63,675 nucleotides of DNA, filler included, from Octopus bimaculoides (GCF_001194135.2; 6 parts of 5 records of this genome joined end to end with filler, not necessarily neighbours in it); one strand, 5' to 3'. Positions 38,382-49,050 are shown, counted from the first letter of the whole stretch. Numbers and translations: made by a program. The notes: a model not told the origin generated them from the letters alone.

Positions 38382-38772
38382 GGCGTAGGAGTGGCTGTGT
38401 GGTAAGTAGCTTGCTTACCAACCACATGGTTCCGGGTTCAGTCCCACTGCGTAGCACCTTGGGCAAGTGTCTTCTACTATAGCCTCGGGCCGACCAAAGC
38501 CTTGTGAGTGGATTTGGTAGACGGAAACTGAAAGAAGCCCATCGTATATATGTATATATATATATATGTATGTGTTTATCCCCCCAACATTGCTTGACAA
38601 CCGATGCTGGTGTGTTTATGTCCCCGTAACTTAGCGGTTCAGCAAAAGAGACCGATAGAATAAGTACTAGGCTTCCAAAGAATAAGTCCTGGGGTCGATT
38701 TGCTCGACTAAAGGCGGTGCTCCAGCATGGCCACAGTCAAAAAGACTGAAACAAGTAAAAGAGTAAAGAGAG
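38382..38772 (+). mobile_element. SINE family A, young full-length copy
   Basis: A box TGGCTGTGTGG, B box GGTTCAGTCCC, internal (TA)n, aaacaagtaaaagagtaa tail. Confidence 0.92.
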
Positions 38773-38846
38773 CCCATCTAAAAATTAATATATTTGAAAA
38801 AAAAAAAAAAAAAAAATCAACTAGATTATAGCTGGGATATAACAGT

Positions 38847-39119
38847 TTATTCAAAGTAGCTGCCCTCAATTTCTGCCACAGCCTCAAGACAGCTCTGGAA
38901 CCTGGTGTTTGCATTTCTCACTGTGTCCCAGGGAAGACCTTCCAACACCTCCTTGATCTTGGCCACAAGCTCAGCCTTGGTGTTGCAGGCAGAGCTGTTA
39001 CTGTCTTTCTCAACTGTGCCCCACACATTGTAATCCATGGGATTGCAATGGAAGGAATTAAGCCAGAAATTGAGGGCGAGATACAAAAAGAAAAAAAATT
39101 GTCAAATTTAGCCAGAACA
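38847..39119 (-). mobile_element. Tc1/mariner (DD37D/maT-like) transposase C-terminal fragment
   Basis: NFWLNSFHCNPMDYNVWGTVEKDSNSSACNTKAELVAKIKEV...RFQSCLEAVAEIEGSYFE* (WPxNSPDxNPxDY motif, decayed). Confidence 0.85.
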
Positions 39120-39209
39120 CCCTAACCCTAACCCTAACCATGGCCAGACATGTTTTCACACAAGAGTGGAAATAAAACACTGCTTGTATGACAGTGACAC
39201 TCATTTACA

Positions 39210-39634
39210 ACTGTTCATCAACATCATCATCATTTTAAAGTCCACTTTTCCATTGCTGGATGCCCTTCCTGTTACCAACCCTCACCAGTTTCCAAGGAAG
39301 GTAATATTTTCCCATAACCAGACATTTTCACAGAATATTGAAAATGAATGACACTACTTATACGACAGTAACACTCATTTACAACTATCACATGATGTGA
39401 AGACAAGGAGATACACTCATACATACACACATATACATTACATTATATGCATGCATACATGTACAATGGGCTGCTTTAAGTTTCCATCAAGCAAATCCAT
39501 TTACAAGGCTTTGGTTGGCTGACTCAAGGTTATAGTTGAAGACACTTGCCAAAGGTGCCACACAGTGGGACTGAACCTAAAACCAAGTAGACAGGAAGTA
39601 AATGTCTTAACTACACAGCCATGCCTGCTCCTAT
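39210..39634 (-). mobile_element. Decayed SINE with family A head and RTE-type tail
   Basis: Reverse-complement counterpart of 37757-38120. Confidence 0.6.
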
Positions 39635-40647
39635 AAAGTTATCTCAAATAAAAACAAACAGCAAGCCAGAGTAAATACACTGTGATGGAAAGGAAAAGCT
39701 ATTGACATTTCAGACAGTTTTCTTTGTCAAGATAAATGGAAGAAAGAAATGTGAATTTCTCAAAGATGAAACATACCAGAATGTTGGACAAGAACTGGTT
39801 TCCAGTGGAAGGAAATAAACATTGGAGCAGTGTAGCAAACTATTTGTGAGAGTGTGTATGAGAGCATAGGAATTAAGCATGTATGGTTGTGTGCGAATGT
39901 AATTGTGGGGAATAAATGTATTAATAGTGTAATATGAACAAAGTACAATAATAGTAGGTGTAGAGTAGATATATGGTGAAGTAAATGAGTGTAGAAAAGG
40001 TATGATGTGGAGTATATGTAGGACATTTATGAGTTTGTATGTGTTTGGATTAGATAAAAGGAAGTCAATTGTATTCAGGTGGAAGATTTAATTGCTGTTC
40101 TTATTAAAGCTGAGAAACAAAAGATTATGGTGACAGACAAATTTGAGAGTTCTAATAACAGCTGGAGTGGTAAGCTACACACTTGAGTGAGTCTGTGTTG
40201 TGATGGATATTCAAAAATTGTTCCCTAAACTGATCACTGCACCTTTGACCAGTTTCCCTCCATAAAAAGAGGGAAAAAAAATGGAGTTGTCATTTGATTC
40301 AGTAAACATTTTCAGAGGTGCCAATGAAAAAGTCCACTGAAGAACCACTTTGTAGCAAGAAGTAGACCATTTTGCGTAATTCAGCCTGAAAGCCAGACTC
40401 TTGACTACAGAGGTAGTAGAACTGTGACTACAAGTAACAGCTTTGACAGTAGGGCAGTAGGCTGAGATAACATCAAGTTAAGAATGACAGTCAGGAGGAC
40501 TACAAAAGATAGAAATTTTGGAGATGATTGATGAACATTTTAAGGCATGGGAGGAGTTAATGAAAGCAATAGAGGAGGTGAAACACTTGGGTGTGAACTG
40601 AACTTCTTAACCAGTCATGCCTGCATATATATATATATACTCTCTCT

Positions 40648-41039
40648 CTTTTATTCTTTTACTTGTTTCAGTCTTTTGACTGTGGCCATGCTGGAGCACC
40701 GCCTTTAGTCGAGCAAATTGACCCCAGGACTTATTCTTTAGAAGCCTAGTAATTATTCTATCGGTCTCTTTTGCCGAACCGCTAAGTAACGGGGACATAA
40801 ACACACCAGCATCGGTTGTCAAGCGATGTTGGGGGGACAAACACAAACACATACATATATATATATACATATATACGACGGGCTTCTTTCAGTTTCCGTC
40901 TACCAAATCCACTCACAAGGCTTTGGTCGGCCCGAGGCTATAGTAGAAGATACTTGCCCAAGGTGCTACGCAGTGGGACTGAACCCGGAACCATGTGGTT
41001 AGTAAGCAAGCTACTTACCACACAGCCACTCCTACGCCT
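40648..41039 (-). mobile_element. SINE family A, young full-length copy
   Basis: Near-identical reverse complement of 38382-38772. Confidence 0.92.
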
Positions 41040-41848
41040 ATAAATTTGATTATATATATATATATATATATATCATTCAACTACGGTAGTAGTTGAATAA
41101 TATTCTCAAGGCCACAATTTACTCAGACGCATCTTTTCAGAGCTTGTCACTAATTCAGTTCTTAACCAAATTGAAGACTGTTAAAATATTTGTAGAGGGC
41201 TGGTCCCTTGCTACATTTTGGCATTAAAAAATTGAGATTTGATCCAGTAGAGAAAAAAGTTTACATCAAAATTTGTAGCAACATTATAGGAGAATAAGTA
41301 ATACCACCAATAAAGTTTAGAGCTAAATAACTTTTTTTTAATTTTAAAAGCAAAATATATTTATCTTAGCTTCAATGATAGAAGAAAGCATGAAGAATTT
41401 CATAGTTTTGTTCCCATGCAACAAAAATTTGAATCAAAAATGTGGTGAGGTAAAATATCATGAAAAAATATATAATATATTGGATTTAAGTATAATTAAC
41501 ATTTTTTTTATTTTAAAAACAAACTATATTTTAATTAAGCTTAAATGATAGAACTCAATTCGAGGAATTTCATGGAATCAATCTCATGCAATGAAGTTTT
41601 AAAAGAAAAAAGTTATGAGTGTTTGTTTCTCAAATTTGAGGGTGATAATATAGTTCTATACTTTTTTATGAATATAATTCTATAAGGGGACTTTTAATAT
41701 GTCACCAGTGTCATTGAGATAAGGAAAAAATTATCAACAACACCGCTAATTGACACATTTGGCACATTATTAATTAACATAATAGCATAGTCTGGAAAAA
41801 AACATGGATTACATGGAAAAATGTGAGCAAGAGGAATAATATTCTTAG

Positions 41849-42638
41849 GATTATAAGCCTGGAAAATTACAGGACAAGTTATTACACTTGGATAATTTCA
41901 GGACAACTTATTACATCTGGTAAAGTACAGAACAAGAAAATTTTTACTTAAAATATTGCAGCTAAGGATAAAATTTGAATATTAAAAAATTATTTGATTT
42001 TAATTTACAAAGTAACATTATAATCAAAAAAGGTACCATCATTTTGTTAAAATATTGACACACTAGAATACTTAAAAACTAAGAGCCAGAAGTACCAATA
42101 TAGCCAAAGTTTTATGCAAAGTAGAATAGTATATATGGTAGGCAAATTCATTACATAAAAAATAGGCATTGGGTCAAGACTAAAAATGTGAAGACTTGGC
42201 AATAACTTTACTGTGAATTTGTTGTTATAGGTAGATTTTACTGTAATATATAACTATTTTTTGTATTATTCTATTTATTGTACTAACTAATTATGTACTA
42301 CTATTATTTTTTATAACCTATTTTCAAATTTCTAATTATTAATTAATAATTAAAAAAATGAATTTTTTTAAAGTGCAAAAAATATTTCAATTGAGTTATT
42401 TTTAATTTTTAATAGAAGTAACAAGTAATAACAAATAGAAGTAATAACTTGTAATAAAATGTTTAGCTTTAATAAAAGCTAATATTTTCAAAATCTAAAT
42501 ATTCTATTTGAGATTTTATCCTTAGCTGCAATATCTTAAATAAAAATTTTCTTGTTCTGTACTTTACCCGATGTAATAAGTTGTCCTGAACTTTTCCAAG
42601 CATAATAACTTGTCCTGTAATTTTCAAGGTTTATAATC
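41849..42638. mobile_element. Non-autonomous TIR element (MITE-like), ~126-bp TIRs
   Basis: 41849-41974 is the inverted repeat of 42513-42638; flanks TTAG (41845-41848) and TTAA (42639-42642); AT-rich non-coding interior. Confidence 0.8.
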
Positions 42639-42642
42639 TTAA

Positions 42643-43325
42643 GGAGGAGGAATTTCAACCATGTTTCGTGGTCTGCTACCACAACAGCTCCTTTATAGGA
42701 TCTAGTTAGCTCAAGACATCATCAGGAGGAACCACATCCGGTTTCGGACCCTACTCCTCTACCCCCTCCCCCTTTCGGAGGTGTCTTCAGCTCTGGTGTT
42801 GAGTGCATGTCTTCTTTCTTCTGTTCCCTGGCCTCTTCGATGCAGCGTCAATGAGTGTCAGCGGCCAACTGACTGTCTTGTCAAATTTCCCTTTAAATAC
42901 CTGCTGCTAGGCTCCAGCAGGCAGCCCCAGCAAGTTGTCACGTGACACTGTCTAAACTTTCCAATGGAGGGTGCGTAGTCTTACCCGCTGCTAGGCTCCA
43001 GTAGGCAGCCCGGGCAAGTTGTCACGTGACACTGTCTAAACTTTAACTGACAATGGAGGGCGCATAATCTCTAACCGAGACCGAGACCGTCACCTGTCAA
43101 TCAGCGAAGCCACTTCAATGTCAGCCTGTCTCACCTAATGATGTTATTTTCCTGCTGGCCTGTTATGACTTTCAAGCCATTTTTGGTCTTCCCGCTTCAG
43201 CCATATATAGAAACTGGCTTTTTTGACTGCCTCCTGTATTCTCCTTATCAGTTTTCTCAGTTCCGAGCTTGAAAATGCAAATCTTCTTTTGAATAGCGTT
43301 GTCATTATTTCTCTTTTTCGCATTT
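42643..43325 (-). mobile_element. HERO-like RLE non-LTR retrotransposon 3' end with ~500-nt structured 3' region
   Basis: TTLFKRRFAFSSSELRKLIRRIQEAVKKASFYIWLKREDQKWLES: the ExAS.(W/Y)IWLKR.D..W terminus characteristic of HERO ORFs; stop at 43144. Confidence 0.7.
42713..42765 (-). ncRNA. Putative non-circularly permuted hammerhead ribozyme, stem II decayed
   Basis: GG-U-A, GAGGAG, ...GAAA-CC, UUCCUC, CUGAUGA on the minus strand; stems I and III pair, stem II is imperfect. Confidence 0.4.
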
Positions 43326-44425
43326 TTCTATGTAATATATATATATATATATCTCCTATAATAAATTTGAGTGATGTTTCTCTGTCCATTACGTTTTTAT
43401 GTTCGTTAACTCCCCACAGACGTTGGTGCAAGAACAACGAAACTTAAACCAGCAACTCCTCTAATCTCAGGGAATGTCCTGAGGGGGTCTACTTTTTTAA
43501 GGGTTGCTTAATTATGGCCCAACTGACCCCCTATTTTTTACTGCATTTTAAACTAAGTACATGGCATTGGTGACCAAATCGGAGCAATGACAATGAATTT
43601 CATACCATGAACTCCCAGGGAGTATCGTAAGGAGGTTCAATTTCTGAAGGGCCACTTAAATGGGGCCCCACTGACCTTGCCTATTTTTACTGCATTTACC
43701 TCGCTCCTATGCTTATTGATTAAACTATGATCAGTATCAATACTTAGCACATTTGCAGAAATAAGTTTGGGCATTCTAAATACCTTCATGTATATTCAAA
43801 TCGAGATAAAGAATTATAACAAATACATTTCAAGTGTGGTAGTGTGGGTATTTATATTTCGTAGCTTATGAAACTTATGCCTAAGTGGAAAATTAATCTT
43901 CCTGTTCCAGTTACATATTGGTGCTTGGGCCTTCAGCTCCAGAGTTCTAGAGTTTTTTCTACCTGAATACCCTACAAAATTCCCAAAAGCCCTCCTCAGG
44001 AGCTAGACTGAATGCCACCTGAAGGGAAACTTCAAGGCTAGAAACTTAGCTTTAAATCAAACTAGAAACTAGCTGTATTTCTATCAGCAAAGCTGGCAGA
44101 AAGCAGTTACAGAGATGGAATTTACGTTACATGTTGAATGGACAACAAGTTAAAGGGACATGAGGTTTAGGTATGGGTGCAAGTGAAGTATAGGTATTGA
44201 GTACATGGGTATGAGTGTGTGGATATATGTCAGGCAGGGAGCTTGGAATGGAGTATTGGATAATTAATACCAGGAGATATATATACAATGAATGTGTCTG
44301 AGTCCACTACAATATACAAGGGTAAAGAGGTACGAAGCAGCCCGATAGTGAGGCCGAAGGCCCCAAAGGTGCCCTCTGCAGGATCTAGCCTGAATGCTAC
44401 CCAAAGGGTGGCTTTAAGGCTAGTA

Positions 44426-44474
<49 letters not shown>

Positions 44475-44611
44475 NNNNNNNNNNNNNNNNNNNNNNNNNN
44501 NNNNNNNNNNNNNNNNNNTTAATTAATTAANNNNNNNNNNNNNNNNNNNNNNNNNNNNNNNNNNNNNNNNNNNNAAGTAATGATGGTAGTAATGATAAAA
44601 AGACTAATAAC

Positions 44612-44829
44612 AATGGTTTCAAATTTTGTCACAAGGCCTGCAATTTCAGAGAAGGGGTTAAGTCGATTACATCGACCCTCATGTTTCACAGGAACTTAAT
44701 TTATCGACACCAAAAGGATGAAAGGCAAAGTCGACCTCGATGAAATTTGAACTCAGAACGTAGCGACGGGCAAAATACCACTAAGTACTTCGTCCAGTGT
44801 GCTAACGATTCTACCAGTTCGCCGCTTTC

Positions 44830-44876
<47 letters not shown>

Positions 44877-45085
44877 CCTGTCTACTACGGGCACAAGGCC
44901 TGGAATTCTGGGGACATGGGCTAGTCGATTACATCGACCCCAATCCTCAGCTGGTGCTTACTTTATCGACCTAAAAGGTTGAAAGTAAAGTCGTCATCTG
45001 CGAAATTTGAACTCGGAAAGTAGCGACGGACATACCGCTAAGCATTTCGTCCAGCGAGCTAATGACTCTGCCAGCTCGCCGCCTT
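44612..45085 (-). mobile_element. Two tandem SINE family B copies separated by (TAA)n
   Basis: Copies 44612-44827 and 44877-45085; (TAA)n at 44831-44876. Confidence 0.8.
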
Positions 45086-45088
45086 CGT

Positions 45089-45130
45089 GATGCTGATGAT
45101 GACGACGACGACGATGACGACGACGACGAC

Positions 45131-45171
<41 letters not shown>

Positions 45172-45209
45172 CGATGACGACGATGATGATGATAATGACG
45201 ATGATGATG
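45089..45209. repeat. (GAT/GAC)n microsatellite
   Basis: Direct. Confidence 0.95.
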
Positions 45210-45569
45210 TGTATAAAAACAACGGCTAAAACAACAAATAACAAAATTTCAAAAAGCAAAATTACCCAGTGGGTGTACTTAGATTCATAGAATCAATGAA
45301 TGAAACACTACAAAATCGTGATGGCCGTGAACACCAAGGGCCAGTGTTCTGTTCTATGCTTCTTTTCTTGTTGAATGTGTATGCTCAGAGCAGGCTCGTT
45401 CACACATACTATTTTCACTACTTTTACCTACCTTTCAAAGGATTTAACTAGCTCCCCTACGCAAAACTATTCCCTTCTGTAATCAGCTTTTTACTAATTG
45501 CTGTCGAGGCCCCGCCACCGGTTTTTGGCGATTGCCCTCGACAACCTTTTTTTAAACGCAGAACGAAAA

Positions 45570-45850
45570 CAGATTTAAGTACTCTCCAGTTAGTGATATT
45601 GTCCAACCATGTATTTTTTATTTGCCTTTGAGCGTGACTTTCCAGGGATGGAGAGATATCTTAATGTCTTATAGCAGATTCCTTTGGAATGGACAGCACC
45701 ACTGGCTTTCATCTCGTACTTACTTCCGGATTTGACAACTTTGCGCAGTTATACCTCAGTAGCTGCTTCTGCAGGCTGGCCAAATTTCTTGAGAGTCTAG
45801 AACGCTTGGAGAGGTGAAGGGTTCTGCCAAACACTTACCCAGTCCATTGA
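45570..45850 (-). mobile_element. RTE LINE C-terminal fragment, decayed
   Basis: Minus strand ...QIKNTWLDNITNWRVLKS, resembling GRQRKxWxDNIxxW. Confidence 0.45.
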
Positions 45851-46009
45851 AATGATGGGATACAGCTATAGAATACAAAGTCAAAAAAAAAATTGCTGGA
45901 TCATTCGGGGTCCGTGTAACCAACAACCTTTCTCTCCACAGTCAATACCCCGGAGTGGAAGTGACCAATACGAAATTACACTATGGAAACAGAAATAGCT
46001 CTGCAAAAA

Positions 46010-46575
46010 AAGGGAGACATGGCGAAAGAGCTTGAATGCAGAGTGGAAATGGTGTTAGTTACATTCAAAGAGGTTGGTGTAATGTGGAAGACCAAAAAAC
46101 TTTATTAGAAAACTAAAATGCGTTCATACAACTACAATGGGCTTTCCACTCTTCTATATGGCTGCGAAACAGGGGCCTGAAACCAAGCCAAGGAAAGAAA
46201 CGGACGCTTTGACAGCAGATGAATCCAGAAAGTATAAAGCACCAAATGTAACGATTTTATCAGCAACGAGGAGGTCAAAGGAGAAGCGACCAACTTCCAG
46301 TGACCATCACTGTCTACAAGCGCAAACTGAGTTGCCTTGAACATGTCGAAAGAATCCCAACGAAGAGACTCATTAACTAAGTCCTTAAGTGGAACTAACA
46401 GAGGCAAAGGCACAGGGGGATGTCCCAAGATATATTGGTACCAGACGACAGGGACCTTCAGCTGGTAAACCTACAATGGAACAATTCACAGAGAGTGGCT
46501 ACTGACCGATCTTATCGGAGGAATTTAACTGCTGCCCCAGAGGTCGCCCGACCCGAGAGCACCTATGTCTAAATA
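46010..46575 (+). mobile_element. RTE LINE ORF C-terminal fragment
   Basis: GDMAKELECRV...KTKMRSYN..LSTLLYGCET...FISNEEV...HVERIP...NLQWNNSQRVATDRSYRRNLTAA, with stops and frameshifts. Confidence 0.8.
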
Positions 46576-47461
46576 AGATAGATCTCACGAATAATATATA
46601 AACAAATATAAATCAACAAATATCAACAACAAGAAGACTAAGTACCACACCCCGTGGATATCGGAGTAAGGAACTCTACATTTGAGCCTATAGAGAGAAC
46701 ATAATGAACTATCTTTAAAACAATGGATTCTTAACATATACAGGAATTCAAATAATAGCGGCGGTACATTATTAACGAACAGTCAGGAATGTGTGTTGTT
46801 GACTGAGAGGAAATAACAATAAACACACACACACACATGTATGTATATGTGTGTATGTGTGTATAGGTAGAATTGTTAAATGAAAACAACAAATGAAAAT
46901 GAGACAAATACAATTTTCTAATGGGCCACTTTTGATAGACAAACACAAACCTGGAAGAAATTCTGTTTGAGCGGAAAGCTTGAACTTACCGGAAATACCG
47001 CCTCTCTAACGGAAGTTGGTACAGTCGAACAGCTAAAAGTAACAATAAAGCGATGAGATTAATGATTAGAAATACATACAACCATATATATATATATATA
47101 TATAAATATATATATATATNNNNNNNNNNTATATATAAATACGCACACACAAACATATATATGCATACATACAGATATGTATGAATGTGAGGGTGTGGGT
47201 GTGTGTGTATGTGTGTGTGTTTGTTTGTGTTTGTGTGTGCCTGTGTACAGGCAGAAATCACTCCACATGTGCAAATCGCGCCAAATTTTGTACTTATAGA
47301 TACCTTTCATATAAGTTGATGCAAACTTAAGTATACACATACATGCATACATACATGCATACATGCACACACACACATATATAAATATATGTGTGTGTGT
47401 GTGTTTGTATGTGTATATATATATATATATATATATACCTAGGCATACATAAAAATACAGA

Positions 47462-47462
47462 T

Positions 47463-47509
<47 letters not shown>

Positions 47510-47527
47510 CTGGCAGGCAGGCAGGCA
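47462..47527. repeat. (GGCA)n microsatellite
   Basis: Direct. Confidence 0.95.
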
Positions 47528-47805
47528 ATGTTGATTTTAGAAGGACATCAAGTTTCGCTTGTAATGGTTTCTTCAGCTGATTCAATAAACCGTTTAAAGA
47601 TGAAACACAACTGTTTTAGCAGCATGTGTAATGTAATATAGGCGCCTTCTCAATTCTTTCACCATTTAATCCAGCGGTACCTCCAGTGTTGCGACAGTTT
47701 CAGAGAAAGAAGACTCCACCGGTATTCATTTTCAGATGTGTTACCAGAAGCAACCTGTGATGAAGCATCTTGCCCAAGTACAACACTCGGCCCGATTTAG
47801 ATATT

Positions 47806-48193
47806 CTTTTCTACTCTAGGCACAAGGCTCGAAAGTTTTGGGGAGGGGCCCAGTCGATTAGATCGACCACAGTACGCAATTTGTACTTAATTTATCTACC
47901 TCTAAAAGGATGAAAGGCAAAGTCGACCTCGGTGGAAATTGAACTCAGAACGTAAAGACAGACGAAATACCTATTTCTTTACTGCCCACAAGGGGCTACA
48001 CACAGAGGGGACAAACAAGGACAGACAAACGGATTAAGTCGATTATATCGACCCCAGTACTTAATTTATCGACCCCGAAAGGATGAAAGGCAAAGTCGAT
48101 CGCGGCGGAATTTGAACTCAGAACGCAGTGGCAGACGAAATACCGCTAAGCATTTCGCCCGGCGTGCTAACGTTTCTGCCAGCTCACCGCCTT
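47806..48193 (-). mobile_element. Dimeric SINE family B with 17-bp target-site duplication
   Basis: Two units head to tail; TSD ggcccgatt(t/c)agatatt at 47789-47805 and 48194-48210. Confidence 0.85.
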
Positions 48194-48578
48194 GGCCCGA
48201 TTCAGATATTGAACACGCAACATTATGATCGGAGCTTCACACATAACATTACAGCATAGAATTAACCAAAATCTATAACGGATTAACCCCAATGAGAATT
48301 TGTGTAGAATAGGATCCAATCCATACACAGTCGTCAAATATATCTCAAACTAAATGATTCAGATTGGGTCGGGAGATCTATTACGGTTTCAATCCAAGTA
48401 GTAAGATAGATTTGTTCCAACTCTTCAAGAAGTTTATCTGAAGATTATTTAATGGTTACCTAAAACTTAGAACTAGGTTTTCATTAATTCCAAACTAGAA
48501 TAATGTAAAAAATATTTATATTTAATTTTTTTATAGTGTATATGCCTTCTTTTCATTTCTCACATTTATGCAACTATT

Positions 48579-48625
<47 letters not shown>

Positions 48626-48864
48626 AAAGATTTAGATTCACAATTGAATATGGCATTTAAGTTTAGGCACCAGAATATAGTATGGTATTATCCAAACAAT
48701 TCCAAAGATAAGGTGAACAAAAATCAAAAAAAGCAACACGGATTTTCAAGGTTATTTTCAAGGTTATCTATCTATCTATCTGTCTCTTACTCGTGCGTGC
48801 GCGCACACACACGCATACACGTGCGCGTGCATTTCTATCATTGGTAAAGACAAAGGGTTTGGTC

Positions 48865-49050
48865 ATAGGGCCCGTGATTGTTAAGTCAAGAGTTTTTTTC
48901 GGAATATAACGTTGCGTGTTGAACCCCTAAATTGAGCCTTGAACAAGGCATTTCACTTCACGTTGCTCCAGTTCACTCAATTAAAAATCAATACTGATCT
49001 AACGTTAGGGGTTAATTATGTGTCTAATTGGCGACTCATTCAAAGGGTTA
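48865..49050 (+). mobile_element. SINE family C, decayed
   Basis: ccttgaacaaggcatttcacttcacgttgctccagttcactca core. Confidence 0.5.

Noticed and set aside
42901-43070. Twister or HDV-like ribozyme in the 84-bp unit
   Set aside because: It lacks the twister GGU-CCC-AAG/UAA core, and no HDV P1-P4 arrangement with a catalytic C could be built.
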